A DNA stretch of 64,000 bases from an uncultured Planctomycetota bacterium. Its GTDB lineage: Bacteria > Planctomycetota > Planctomycetia > Isosphaerales > Isosphaeraceae. Position 1 is the stretch's first letter, and the number at the start of each line of letters is the position of its first letter. The notes beneath the pieces are model-generated. The model was not told the DNA's origin, did no database searches, and saw only the letters and a program-made list of their open reading frames with translations. The position numbers were made by a program, and so were the translations under genes. Below, in pieces: positions 9,515 to 21,328 of this stretch. The DNA lies in assembly GCA_963823665.1 (NCBI GenBank), contig CAWGMQ010000003.1, forward strand, positions 928,001 through 992,000. Reading direction: 5' to 3'.

Positions 9515-10199
9515 GGGAAGCTCCTTTCAAGCTCGTTGGCCGGCGGTGTTCAAGCCGCCAGCGGGCGATGGCGGCATGGTCGCCGCCCAAGAGAATTTCG
9601 GGGACTAATTTTCCGCGGTAGGCACGTGGCCGGGTGTAGTGGGGATATTCGAGTCCTCCATCCGGGCCGAACGACTCATCAACGGCACTCTCGGGATCAC
9701 CGAGCACTCCGGGAATGAGCCTCACGACCGCGTCGATCAAGACCATGGCCGCAACTTCGCCACCGGAGAGGATGAAGTCGCCCACGGAAAGCAGCTCGGG
9801 CTCGAGGATTTCGATGATCCGCTCGTCAAACCCCTCGTATCGCCCACACAACAGAATGAGTCTTGGTTCCAGTGCCAGCTCGGCAACGCGGCTCTGGTCG
9901 AGCCGGGAGCCTTGCGGCGAGAGCATGATCAGGCGTCCGCGCGGGAGGTTGGCCGCTTGCACGGCCTCGGTCGCCGCTACGACCGGCGGGGCCATCAGGA
10001 CCATTCCCGGGCCACCCCCGAACGGCCGATCGTCGACCTGTTTGTGTTTGCCCTCCGCGTGGTCGCGGAAATCCCAGCATTTGATCTCGACAAGCCCTGC
10101 GTCAATCGCCCGCCTGAGGATGCTCTGGCCCAGGTATCCATCCAGAATCGCCGGGAAGAGTGTCAGAACGTCGATGCGATGCTGCGGCGAGCTTGCCAT
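9450..10199 (-). CDS. trmD: tRNA (guanine37-N1)-methyltransferase
   Basis: IDVLTLFP, VDDRPFGGGPGMVL, CGRYEGFDER, SVGDFILSGGE, YPHYTRP. The 65-bp overlap with rplS suggests a 3' indel, with the true stop possibly near 9527. Confidence 0.97.
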   Translation of the reverse strand: MASSPQHRIDVLTLFPAILDGYLGQSILRRAIDAGLVEIKCWDFRDHAEGKHKQVDDRPFGGGPGMVLMAPPVVAATEAVQAANLPRGRLIMLSPQGSRLDQSRVAELALEPRLILLCGRYEGFDERIIEILEPELLSVGDFILSGGEVAAMVLIDAVVRLIPGVLGDPESAVDESFGPDGGLEYPHYTRPRAYRGKLVPEILLGGDHAAIARWRLEHRRPTSLKGASHAEQTHGAGREGHAQSYDAQI

Positions 10200-10244
10200 G
10201 TCGCTGACATCCTGGGCCGGTCACTCCCTGGGCGCCTCGGTCAG

Positions 10245-10583
10245 TCAGGCGCCTGGTTGCGACGCGGCCGGCTGCGCGGCTGAGGCCGGGGCCGCGGCGA
10301 CTTCCACCGGCACCTCCCACGGCTCGCCCGGGGCGGGTTTCTTCACACCAAACTTGTTCAAGAGCACCTGAACCTTGTGCGACGGCTGGGCCCCGACGGA
10401 CAGCCAGTAGCGAAGGCGGCTGACGTTCAAGACCGTCTGCGTTTTGGCGTCGGAGCACATCGGGTCGTAGTGACCCAGTTCCTCGATCGGACAGGCGTCG
10501 CGCCCCGTGCGCGAATCCATCGCGCAGATGCGAAAGAACGGGCGATGACGGCGTCCCAGGGCTTTCATACGAAGTCGAACCAC
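10245..10583 (-). CDS. rpsP: 30S ribosomal protein S16
   Basis: VRLRMKALGRRHRPFFRICAMDSR...IEELGHYDP...YWLSVGAQPS. AGGAG RBS before GTG 10583. Confidence 0.97.
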   Translation of the reverse strand: MVRLRMKALGRRHRPFFRICAMDSRTGRDACPIEELGHYDPMCSDAKTQTVLNVSRLRYWLSVGAQPSHKVQVLLNKFGVKKPAPGEPWEVPVEVAAAPASAAQPAASQPGA

Positions 10584-10703
10584 TCGCGCACTCCTGTAAT
10601 CAAAAGTCAAATCGAGCTCGTCTCGCCTCACCTTGAGCAGAGATTCGCTCGCTGTTAGATCAGTCGAATCGTAACCAACAAAAATCCCGGGCGGCGCCGG
10701 TGT

Positions 10704-12207
10704 TCACTCGGGGGGCGGGCCGGCTCGGCCGCGCTCCTCGCGGCGGCGGCGGCGTTCCTCCTTTTCTCTCTGTTTTCTCTGTTTTTCGCGCTCCTTGGAT
10801 GTCAACCGCTTGCCCGTCCCGATCTTCGGGCGCCATGATCTGGGCGGCGGGGTTGGTCGCGGCCACGCGGCCGAGCCCCGTCAGCGTGCGGACCTTGTCC
10901 ATCATGCTCATCTGCGCCATCTGCTTGATCACCGCCGCCATCGCGTCGAATTGCTTGACCAGGCTGGATACGTCCGACGGGTCGACGCCGCTGCCGGAGG
11001 CGATTCGCCGCCGCCGCGAGATATCGATGGTTGCCGGATCCCGGCGCTCACCGGGCGTCATGCTGTCGATGATTCCCTCGATCCGCTTCACCTCTTCATC
11101 CGCGTCGACGCCCGCGCCGGCCAGGTTTTCCATCCCCATCTGGCCCATGCCGGGTATCTTGCTCATCAGGTCGCGCATCGAGCCCATCTTCTTCATGGTG
11201 CCGAGCTGCTTACGGAAATCGTCGAGATCGAACTTGCCCTTGGCGAGCGCCTCCTGCTGACGGCGAGCTTCGTCTTCGTCCATCACCGACTGCGCGGCCT
11301 CGACCAGGCCGACGATGTCGCCCATGCCGAGCATCTGGCCAACCAGGCGCTCGGGGTCGAACGGCTCGAGCTTGTCGAGCTTCTCGCCCTTGCCGACGAA
11401 TTTGATCGGCACTCCGGTGACCCGCCGCACCGAAAGCGCCGCGCCGCCGCGGGCGTCGCCGTCGAGCTTGGTCAAGATCACGCCGTCCAGCTCGAGGGCC
11501 TTGTTGAAGGCTTCGGCCGAGGCGACCGCATCCTGCCCCGTCAATGCGTCGCAGACGAAGAACACCTGGTGGGGCTTGACCTTCTTCTCGATCAACGTCA
11601 ACTCGGCCATCAGCTCATCGTCGATGTGCAGCCGCCCGGCGGTGTCCAGAATCAGGGTGTCGCACCCCTGCCGGTTGGCTTCAACCAGAGCCTGCTGGCA
11701 GACCGCGACCGGGTTCGACCCGGTCTGGCTGAAGACCGGAACCCCGACCTGCCCGCCGATCACCTTGAGCTGCTCGACGGCCGCGGGGCGCTGGAGGTCG
11801 GCCGCAACCAGCATCGGCTTGCGCCCCTCGGAACCGAGCAGCCGGGCAAGCTTGCCGCAGGTCGTCGTCTTGCCCGAGCCCTGAAGCCCGCAGAGCATGA
11901 GGACCGTGAGCCCTGCCTTCTCGAGGCGAATCGACGGGTCGACCGGACCCATCAGCTCGATCAGCTCGTCGTGCACGATCTTGACGATCTGCTCGTCGGG
12001 CCGAACGCTCTTGATCAACTGCGTGCCGACGGCCTTGTCGGTGATCTTGGCCATGAAGTCCTGGACGACGTTGTAATGAACGTCGGCCTCGAGCAAGGCG
12101 TTTCGCACCTCGCCCAGACCTTCCCTCATGTTCGCTTCGGTCAGGATGCCGCTCTTGCGGAACCGCCGGAACGCCGAGGACAGCCGTTTTTGTAAGTCGT
12201 CGAACAT
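10704..12207 (-). CDS. ffh: signal recognition particle protein Ffh
   Basis: GLQGSGKTTT, DLQRPAA, DTAGR, TKLDGDARGGAALS, M domain. A 1-bp shift near 10830 restores the tail PKIGTGKRLTSKERE ending at 10704 (ORF track ends at 10660). Confidence 0.97.
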
Positions 12208-12251
12208 CGTTGGCCAGGACCCTGCGCATACATGATGGACTAGAACCCCTG

Positions 12252-12280
12252 ATTATAATGGGTGCAGCAAGCCCTGGCAA
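12252..12280 (-). promoter_or_regulatory. sigma70-type promoter of the ffh-rpsP-trmD-rplS operon
   Basis: TTGCCA-17 bp-TATAAT on the minus strand, ~45 bp upstream of the ffh ATG. Confidence 0.75.
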
Positions 12281-12357
12281 CGCGAAGGGCACCGGAGGTC
12301 GTTTCCCGCCATTAAGAAAATATGTTTCGATCGGTCACGAGAGTTGCTGAGCGCTGA

Positions 12358-12394
12358 TTGTAGCATTGACTGCTACAACGGCATGGGCGATAGT
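12358..12394 (+). promoter_or_regulatory. TA operon promoter with overlapping palindromic operator
   Basis: Perfect inverted repeat TTGTAGCA-N5-TGCTACAA (12358-12378) overlapping -35 TTGACT; -10-like GATAGT 17 bp downstream. Confidence 0.6.
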
Positions 12395-12432
12395 TAAAAG
12401 TAGGGAAATTCTCCCGAAATCAAGACTCGGTT

Positions 12433-12738
12433 TTGAATATGAGTGCAGAGCGAATGGCCGCTAAACGGTTGCGCCACGAACGCGAAATCTCCAAGACTCC
12501 GTCTGGAAAGGCTCGGGCTGCGAAGAAACCTTCGTCCGAGGCTGTAGACTCCAAGTCTGACAAAGCGGTCATCGTTAAGAATGGACCTTGTGGTACAACG
12601 ACCAAGACTACTAAATCTCGAATTCCCAACGCAGTTTCACGAAAGGCTCTCGCTGATCTCAAAGCGGGACGCGTGACGCGATACGCTGACGTGGACGATC
12701 TGTTTGATAAATTGGGGATTAAGATTGGCGAAGGCTAG
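12433..12738 (+). CDS. putative antitoxin (RelB/DinJ-like C-terminal neutralising segment)
   Basis: C-terminal IPNAVSRKALADLKAGRVTRYADVDDLFDKLGI resembles DinJ/RelB tails; overlaps the toxin gene. ATG at 12439 is also possible. Confidence 0.7.
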   Translation: MNMSAERMAAKRLRHEREISKTPSGKARAAKKPSSEAVDSKSDKAVIVKNGPCGTTTKTTKSRIPNAVSRKALADLKAGRVTRYADVDDLFDKLGIKIGEG

Positions 12739-13042
12739 TCAGGAGTCCTCACAGCCACCTCCGCCTTTGATCATAGTAACAACGCCAGCGTATGATCGAG
12801 ACATGAAGCGGCAGGCGAAGAAGCAAGGTACTCGCATAGAGAAACTCTATGCGGTTATACGGTTGTTGTCTGATCGCGAATCGCTGCCTGGAAGTCACAG
12901 AGATCATGCACTTGAAGGCGATTGGGCCGGATTTCGAGAATGCCATGTCGGCGGCGAAGGAGACTGGCTATTGGTCTATCGGCGCTCCCAGAACATGCTC
13001 GAGCTTGTTCGTACTGGGACGCACGATGAAATCTTCCAATAG
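12704..13042 (+). CDS. yafQ: type II toxin, YafQ family (RelE superfamily mRNA interferase)
   Basis: RDHALEGDWAGFRECHV..DWLLVYR...LELVRTGTHDEIF. Start probably TTG 12725. Confidence 0.9.
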   Translation: MINWGLRLAKASQESSQPPPPLIIVTTPAYDRDMKRQAKKQGTRIEKLYAVIRLLSDRESLPGSHRDHALEGDWAGFRECHVGGEGDWLLVYRRSQNMLELVRTGTHDEIFQ

Positions 13043-13080
13043 GTTCCGCTAAGAGACAGTTCTGACTGCGTAGGTCCGCG

Positions 13081-13782
13081 TCACGTCGACTGCCGTGGAT
13101 CGCTGTGGTTGGAGCGAAGGCGCCGCACAAGCCGATCAACGTCGAACCCAATCAAGCTCTCCACCACCAGGTCGGCGCCCGACTGGGCCAGCGTGGCGAC
13201 GGGGTGGGTCGTCGTCAGTCCGACGGCGTACATGCCCGCGGCCTTGGCGGCCTGGATCCCGACGGTTGCATCCTCGAACACGACCGAACGCGCCGGCAGA
13301 GCTCCCGACTTGGCCGCTGCGATCAGGAACACTTGAGGATCGGGCTTGCCGCGCGTGATGTCCTCGAGCGACGCAATCGCCGCAAATCGCCCCTCGAGCC
13401 CGCATTCGCTGACGCTCAGCTCGAGGTTAGCCAGCGGGCCGCTCGAGCCGATCGCCAGCTTGACCCCGCGATCGGTGAGCGCATCGAGCAGCTCCCGCAT
13501 TCCCTCCAGCAGTTGAATGCGCCCCCGCGCGACGTCGCGGTAGCACTCTTCCTTCAGATCCGCATAACGCCGCACCTCCAGGTCACTGAGCTTTTCCCCG
13601 AGCAGATGGCGAAAAATGCTGGGGTTCGTCATGCCGAATGTCGAGTGGATGAACTCGGGCGTGAAGCCCAGTTTCGTCCTCCGCTCAAGCTCCATCCAGG
13701 CCTGCTCGTGGAATTCGAACGAGTCAACCAGAACACCGTCATGATCGAATATGGCGAGAAGATCGTCCGGATCCGGCGTCAC
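13081..13782 (-). CDS. HAD-family phosphatase (beta-PGM/CbbY-like)
   Basis: IFDHDGVLVDS, GSSG, GKPDPQVF, VFEDATVGIQAAKAAGM. Confidence 0.9.
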   Translation of the reverse strand: MTPDPDDLLAIFDHDGVLVDSFEFHEQAWMELERRTKLGFTPEFIHSTFGMTNPSIFRHLLGEKLSDLEVRRYADLKEECYRDVARGRIQLLEGMRELLDALTDRGVKLAIGSSGPLANLELSVSECGLEGRFAAIASLEDITRGKPDPQVFLIAAAKSGALPARSVVFEDATVGIQAAKAAGMYAVGLTTTHPVATLAQSGADLVVESLIGFDVDRLVRRLRSNHSDPRQST

Positions 13783-13872
13783 ATCAAGGTCCTTTTTCGA
13801 GATGAATGCGTCAGTTTGTACCGCCAGGAAAGATTCCGCGCACGATTCCGGCGGCACCCAGCATCTGGTCGC

Positions 13873-14313
13873 TCACCATCGCTTGTACGGCAAGAACTTG
13901 CCCGACATCGTGATCTTCACGCGATCACCCTTGGGGTCGAGCTCCTTCTCCACATCCATCGTGAAATCGATGGCACTCATGATGCCGTCACCGAAGGTTT
14001 CCTGGATCACATCTTTGAGCGGCAAGCCATAGACTTGCAGAATCTCGTGAAAGCGGTAGAGCAGCGGGTCGACCGGGACCGTTTCCATCAGACCTCCCTT
14101 CACGGGAAAACCGGTTAACTCCGGCACGAGCGTCCGGTCCAGCCCCAAGGCGTCTAGCAGCTTGCCCGCCTGCTCCGGGGTCGCACTGGCCTGTCGGTAG
14201 CAGACAGCCGCCAGGAAGATCGGATTGCAGCCCGCGATCTTCGCCAGCTCGGCAAAGGTCATGCCCTTCGCTCGCTTGGCTTGCAGAATGGTTTCGGTGA
14301 TTTCGAATTGCAT
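13873..14313 (-). CDS. cynS: cyanate hydratase (cyanase)
   Basis: PVDPLLYRFHE, FGDGIMSAIDF, ITMSGKFLPY, plus an N-terminal HTH-like domain. Confidence 0.96.
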   Translation of the reverse strand: MQFEITETILQAKRAKGMTFAELAKIAGCNPIFLAAVCYRQASATPEQAGKLLDALGLDRTLVPELTGFPVKGGLMETVPVDPLLYRFHEILQVYGLPLKDVIQETFGDGIMSAIDFTMDVEKELDPKGDRVKITMSGKFLPYKRW

Positions 14314-14497
14314 GGCCGTTTGTCCCCAGAAGCATCAAGATGGACCCACGACCAGCGCGATCTTACGATTGCGGCGGTCGTAAAGGCGAGCGCGCCCGGC
14401 CCTGCCGGCGACTCATCGTGCGGGGTAGCCATTCTACGGGCATTGTGTTCTGGCGCCCAAGCGAGAAGCGCGGCGCGCGAGCGAGGGAGATCGATCG

Positions 14498-15875
14498 ATG
14501 GCTGCGCGCCCGTTCCGGATCTTCTGGCTGAAGGTACTCGTCGCCCACACGATTCTGGCGATTCTCTGGTGGGAATTACAGCCGGGCGGGTTCCCCGCCG
14601 GCCATCCGCGGTTCTGGTCCAACACGGTCGCGCCGATCGCGGCACTCGCCGCTTCACTCGGCTCGCTGTGGGCGCTCCATCGTGAATCGATCGCGGCGCT
14701 GCGAGTGCTGTTGCCGGTCTGGCCCGCGGCGTGGGCCGCGATGGCGGTCTCGACCCGCGTCTTGTTCCCGATCACGCTGGCGTGGCTATGGCTGGCGCCC
14801 GCCGCGGCTGCCGCGCTCATGGCGCTGTTGACGATACCGGTGTATTTTCACCGGCCGCGAGCGAGCACGCGAGCGATCATGGCTCTCGCCGGAACGATCA
14901 TGCTCTCGGCGACCACCGGGGTGGCTCTGGCCTACACGCAACGCGCGCCCCTGCCCGCGACGCGTCCACTCGACATCCCGTTTTCCGAGCTCGAAGCCGG
15001 CCCGGGGAACTCTGCCTCACAGCCGGGGGCGATCCGACTCGACGGGAATGTGCTGGTTCAGTCATCAAACGCCTCAATCACGGTGCCCCTGGGCCGCCTG
15101 ACATTGATGGTTGATCCGCTCTTGTTGTTCTCCAGCCGATCGCTGGACGGATGCCCCACAGTTCTCGTGCAACCGCAGGTGCGTGAGGGTGCCGCTCCCA
15201 GGTTTCGTGGCGGGCGTCACGAAGGCCAGCAAGCCTGCTCGCTCATCTTCGACGTCCCGGGTCAAGGCCCGGCCTTCTTGAGCGGCACGGGCCGGGAGTG
15301 GCGGGACCGTGCTTTCGGTTCTGGCCCTGACACGGCTCGATCAGCCTGTGTATTCGCACCTGAATTCGTACTGCGACGTCGAGATTCGCGGGCATCGCGA
15401 GCTGTCGCTCGAGTTTTCGCCTTGTCCGGACGTCGCCGTTGACGTCCTGCCTTTCGACTATCCCTTCGGCCGGCCCGCCCGCTTCGCATTCCTCGATCGA
15501 GGAGGCACCTTCCGCGTGGTTGAGGCCTCGAGCGGCGAGAAGGGCCCGTTCAAGCTGCTCGCGAGCGGCCCGCTCGGCCGCGACGAGCCGCTCGAGATCA
15601 CCCTGCTCGACCAAGGGCGGCCCGAGGGATGGATCACACTGGCCGACTGGGCGCAACAGGCCGGTACAGCCCTGTCGCCATCGGCGGGCTGGGGCGTGCC
15701 GGTGAATGCGATCGAGTTCAGCGCTTCGGGTGATGAGCCGGAGGCGCCGGCCTCAATCTTCGTGACGCTGGCGGGCACATCGGTCGGTCGCGGCTGGGAT
15801 TGCGTGGGGCACACCGCGGGCACGTACCGGAATCGCATTCGCTTCGAGCGGATCGACGATTCCGGTACGGATTGA
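14498..15875 (+). CDS. hypothetical membrane protein (frameshift ~15300)
   Basis: About five hydrophobic helices followed by a soluble domain; ORFs 14498..15442 and 15309..15875 join. Confidence 0.6.
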
Positions 15876-15878
15876 GAT

Positions 15879-18105
15879 TTAGCGACGGCCGGTCGCCGCG
15901 GGCGGGCAGTTGGCCTGGACCGGAACCACCGCGGGCGCCGGAACAAGGTACTGCGCCTGCACAGGCGCGGCCCTCGCCGCCGCCGCGCGGGTAAACTGTG
16001 GCATCGGGTAGCTCGGGTCGCGCTCCAGGCTCACCTGCACCCATCCGCTGGGGTCCAGCGGCGAGATCGAACGGATGAATAACCCCGGGATCTTCACGTC
16101 GTCGAGCGTCAAATCGATCGGCTGCTGGCGAAGCTGTGCCGCCCAGAGCACCGAGCACGAACGCCGTCGAGAACCGTGAGAGCAGTGCGGCCTTGGCCTC
16201 GTCGTCGGCGATGGCGAAGACCTGCCCGTCGGCCCCGGGGTTGAACTCCTCGACCTTGGCCTGAACGCGCATGGCCCCCGGCTTGGACAGGTCGACCTTG
16301 TATGACAGCGAGATCTCGGCAAGCGGGACCTTGATCCGGTAGACCTTGGCCGGTGCTCCCACGAACCCGCCTTTTTCTTGATTCTCGGGTGCCGGCACCT
16401 CGATCTGGAGGTCGTGAATCAGCGCGACCAGGAATCCGCGGGCGTCGGTGCTGAATTCGGGCGGAGTCTTGGGGCGCGTGACCCGAAGGACCGTCGTCTT
16501 GGGAGTACCGGGCTTGGGCTTGCGAGACTCGGCGAGCCGCTTGGCGAAGGTGGTGAAGTCGACGTTCTTGGCGATCTCGAGTCCCTCGCGCGGCGGCGTG
16601 CCGGGGGGCACGTCCTTGATGACGAGCATCACGTTGTCAACCGACCGCACCATGTCTCGCTCGTAGAGCCCCGTTGCCAGGCTCCCGAGCAGCGAACCAA
16701 CGTGGACGCTCGCCCGGATGCCGGGCTCGATGTTCGAAAGCTCCGTGGGCGCCGGAACGTCCGCGCCGGGCCCGCCGGGTAAATCTTTCCAGTTGAACCG
16801 CCCGCCGACGAGGACACCCTCAGGCCGGGACCGCAGGGCCAGGTTCGTGATCACGACGTCCTTCACGGCCAGTGTATTGTCGCCGAGCAAGCCCTGAGCC
16901 CGCAGGTCGGCATTTCTCTGCGCGGTCTCGGCGGCGATGCGCTCCTGCGCCTCCTCGAGCGCTTCCTTGGGAATCTCCTGGCGAAACTGCCCGATCGAGC
17001 CCTCGTAAACCTTCTGGTTGATCCCGTTCTCGTCCATGCCGATGAGGCCGGCGATCGCGCGGCCGAACTCGTGGCCCTGTGTCGGCACCGAGCCGATTGC
17101 GGCGTCGATGTTGTGTGTGTACGACGGCCAGATCTGCAATCCGGTCCCGCGCAGCACCGTGGTGATCGTGAGCTCGGCCCAGTCGTAGGTGGTCGCATTG
17201 AACTGGTAGAGCTTGGTTGCCCGCTGGCCTTGCGCGTCGGATGCGACCCGGTTGTTGAAATCCCAGACCGGCGTCACGCTGGTGAAGAGCTGCTTGTTGT
17301 AGAAGGCGATGCCGTCGTCGCTGCTCATCAGTCCGAACCCGGTCTTGGGCCCGGCGGTGACCTGCGAGATATAGCCCTTGCGCTCGACCGGCCCGCTTTG
17401 GACCAGGTCGGCGTTCAGGAAGGGGGAGACGGTGCTCATATCCACGGTGATGTCGAGATTGGGACGGTTGAACAGGTCATTCACGGCGGCCTCCAGCTCG
17501 GCCGAAGGCCACCACGGCTGTTTGCGGTTTCCGTCGGAGAGCAGAGCCACCGAGTCGTGAATCCTCCGGAGGGCGGACTGCCGTTTGGCGACAGTGGGGG
17601 CGGAATCGTACTCCCGCAAAGCCGTTCCCAGATCGGTCCTCACAAAGTCGACCCAGCGCTTGCGGTTGGCGACAACGCCCGGGTCGCTGGTGGCCGGCAG
17701 CGCGTCGACCGCCTCGGAGAGCCGGCGCCTGGCCCACGCCAGGCGCAGGCGGGGCCGCAGCCACTCACGCAGCTCCTGCCGGAGATTGGCCGCCGGCTGC
17801 CAGGCAATGGATCCCAGCGTCTCGGAGACCTGGTAGATCGGGTCAAGTGCCGCCAGCCGGTCGGTCTCGCTCTCGGCGTTTCCGTAAGCGCGCAAGTCGG
17901 CCAGCAGGGCATCGAAGAGCGCGTCCCACCCGGCGCGATTGGGCTGAGCAGCGGCGCCCGGGCTGTCCCATGACTTTCGGATCGCTTGGATCGACCGCTC
18001 GACTGCCTGGTAGCTCGGGGTTGTGGGAGCTGCCGCGAAAGCCGTTACAACCACCCAGCTCGCCACCGCGCATGCCGCCGTTAGAAGCCTAACCGTCCGT
18101 CGCAT
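15879..18105 (-). CDS. hypothetical secreted protein (frameshift ~16145)
   Basis: Signal peptide MRRTVRLLTAACAVASW and a long ORF; C-terminus continues in ORF 15879..16322. Confidence 0.7.
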
Positions 18106-18530
18106 CGTTGTCTCCGTCCTTTGGCTGTTCGCCTGAAATCCAAGCGATGGTCAAAGTTGAATCGTCCGAACGCTCCTCGTGCAATGAACCGTCCTGAACC
18201 GATTTCGAGTGGCCGTGCCGGCATTTTCCGTAGGCGCCCTAGAACCCCGGCCGCAAGTGGGGCTCTGCAACGAGCATAAGATATGCACGATCGATGCCGA
18301 TGATTCAAGATGTAAGGGATCGCCCGGGCGGACGCACCGCAGAATTGCCGGCGGGCGCCGCGAGCCGCCCACGACAATGCGCGGCGGTTTTTGCTACAAT
18401 CGCCTGCGGTCGTGCTGCGGTTGGCTCGCGCTCTTGCGCCAGGCCGCCGAGGGCCCTCGCGGCTGAGCGGAATTATCCATTCATCATCAGGCCGCGCTTT
18501 AGCTTACATTTCGCCAAGGAGAATCGCTTC

Positions 18531-20493
18531 ATGAATGCCGATCGGCCTTCAGAAACCCGCCCGTGGCCCGTTCCCCCGTCATTTTTGATCTTCATCCTGA
18601 CCGCAACTCTCGCCGCCGGCTGCAACGGCACTCCGGCTGCCACGAGCAATGCCGGCACGAAGACCGGCGGGCCCGATCAGGCCGGCTCGCAGAAAGCCGC
18701 CGGAGGTGTGGCCAAGCCCGCTGAATCCCAGGCGACCGTCTCGCACATCGAAGGCGATCGTATGTCGAGTATCCCCAAGGCCGTCATGTCCAAGCAGACC
18801 GAGTCGAGCCCGTTTCGATTTGCCGAGATCGCCAAGGAGGCCGGGATCGACTTCGTGCATTTCTCGGGCATGACCGACGAGAAGCATTTCCCGACCGCCA
18901 ACGGCTCGGGAGCCGCCGTCTTCGACTTCGACAACGACGGCCTCCTCGACATCTACTTCGCCACCTGCACCCTCTTGCCGCTGGGAACCGCCGAGAAGGG
19001 CCCAAACCGGCTCTACAAGAACCTGGGTGGCAACCATTTCAAGGATGTGACCGAGTCGTCCGGGCTGGGCTTCGAGGGCTTCTGTCACGGCATCATCACC
19101 GGCGACATCGACAACGACGGCGATCAGGACGTCTTCCTGTGCAACTACGGCTCGAACGTTCTCTATGTGAATAACGGCAACGGCACGTTCACGGACATCA
19201 GCAAGAAGGCAGGCATCGACGCTCCCAACTGGTCTTCCGGCGGCGCCATGCTCGATTACGACAACGACGGCTTTCTCGACATCTACGTCACGAACTACGG
19301 CCGCTGGCGCTACCCCGAGGACCACCACCGGGCCGGCGACCCCGAGAAGAAGGTCTGGCTCTACTCCTCGCCCCGGGCGATCCAGACCGTCCAGCACCTG
19401 TTCTTCCACAACAACGGCAATAACACGTTTACGAACGTCTATGAAAAGGTGATCCGCACCGACCCCAAGCCGCGCTCCGACGGGCACGGGTTCGGCGTGG
19501 TGGCCGCAGACGTGAACGACGACGGGCTGATCGACCTCTTCGTCGCCAACGACATGAACCCGAACTTCCTCTTCTTGAATCGCGGCGACGGCACCTTCGA
19601 CGACGTCTCCGAGATCTCGGGCGCCGCCTTCAACGTCAACGGGATGGCCCAGTCGGGGATGGGAGTCGACGCCGAGGACGTCGACGGCGACGGCCTTCCC
19701 GAGCTGTTTGTCACCAATTTCTCGAACGAATACTGCCACCCTTTACTTCAACTACGGAAAGGGAACGTTCTCCGACGACACCGCCTTCTACGGCCTGGCC
19801 TCCGACTCGCTCCCCTGGGTCAAGTGGGGCTGTGCACTTTCCGACTTCGACAGCGACGGCTGGCCCGACCTCTTCTTCGTCAACGGCCACGTCGACAACA
19901 ATCGCCGCGAGATCGGCCAGCCCGTCGACTACGAGGAGCTTCCCCTTCTCTTCCACAACGTGGCTGCTGGCGGCAGGAAGCGCTTCCGCCTGGCAACCCG
20001 CGATGCCGGACCGTACTTCGACACCAAGCACGTCGGGCGCGGAGCCGCCTTCGGCGACATCGACAACGACGGCGATATCGACATCGTGGTCAACCACAAA
20101 GACGCTGCGCCGGCCTTGCTGCGAAACGACACCAAGTCTCCAAACCACTGGATCCGCTTCATCCTGGAAGGCACCAAGAGCAACCGCGACTCGATCGGTG
20201 CCAAGCTCGCGATCACCGTCGGCGGAACGACCATTTACCGCCAGCGCAAGGGCGGCTACAGCATGCAGGCCACCAACGATCACCGGGTGGTCGTTGGCAT
20301 AGGCCCCGCAACGACGGTCGACAAGGCCGTGATCCGCTGGCCGTCCGGTCGAGAGATCACCCTCGAAAAGCTCAAAGTCGACCAGGATTACAAGCTGGTC
20401 GAGCCCAAGAGCGAGGCCGCGTTCAAGCCGTACACGCCTCTCGCCAAGCCGGCGCCCGCGGCTCCCACGGAGAAAGCCAAGGCCTCCCCGTGA
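18531..20493 (+). CDS. CRTAC1/ASPIC-UnbV family FG-GAP lipoprotein (frameshift ~19735)
   Basis: Repeated DxDNDGxxD FG-GAP motifs, LAAGC lipobox, C-terminal SNRDSIGA...IRWPSG ASPIC/UnbV domain. Confidence 0.9.
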
Positions 20494-20613
20494 CGGCCGC
20501 GCTACGCAATAATCTCGCGGAAACCGCGAAGTGGATTACAGAGCCCTCGCACCGCGCTCCCGTTCAGGACGCATGCGATGCGCTTGCGCCAGGGCCGTTT
20601 CACGGGGCAAGTA

Positions 20614-21328
20614 ATGAACGCAGAGCATTCGATGTGGCCGCTGATCCGATTCGGGGTCGTCAAGGACGCCTGGGCTCTCTACAAGCAGCACGCTTTCGTC
20701 TGGTCGCTGGCCACACTGATCATGATGGCCGCGTTCGGGATGGTGAATGGAGCGCTCCACGCCGCGTTTGGGGGCGGCGAGCCGCTGGGTCCCGGCGGCT
20801 TCCGGCTTTTTCTTCCAGCCGACCGGCGCCGTGAGATTCATCACTTCAACCGTGGTGAGCGGCTTCTTCCTGGGCGGAATGATCCGCATGGCGGGCCGCC
20901 AGATTCGCGGCGGCACGCCCCGGATCGAAGACCTGTTCAGCATCACCGACTGCTGGTTTGACCTGGTCCTCGTCTCGTTTCTGATCGGCGTGGCAACCTC
21001 GATCGGCTTCGCGCTTTGCATCGTGCCCGGCATCATCGTCTCCGGCTTGTTCATGCTGGCCATTCCACTGGTGGCGGAAGGCCGCCTGCCTGCCACCGGC
21101 GCGCTCATCCAGAGCTGGCACGCGCTCAAGTCGCAATGGCTCACTGCCGCGATCTTTCACGCGGTCCTCATCATTGTGGCCGTGGCTGGCATCATGTGCT
21201 GCTTCATCGGCGTTTTCGTCACCGGCCCGCTCTACTGCCTGTCCGTCGCCCTCCTGTACCAGCAGTTCTTCGGCTGGGGCGCGGTTCCGCATTCGAACAA
21301 ACCCGCCGACCCATTCCCCGACGTGTGA
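20614..21328 (+). CDS. hypothetical integral membrane protein (frameshift ~20810)
   Basis: Multiple TM helices, LCIVPGI and GIMCCFIGVFVTGP motifs. Confidence 0.7.

Noticed and set aside
10795..12195. 466-aa + strand ORF (and similar long antisense ORFs at 18579, 32155, 44943, 50995 and 62117)
   Set aside because: High-GC antisense shadows of well-supported genes.
12210..12430. SRP RNA (ffs) next to ffh
   Set aside because: No SRP domain IV motif seen; the region is explained by two divergent promoters.
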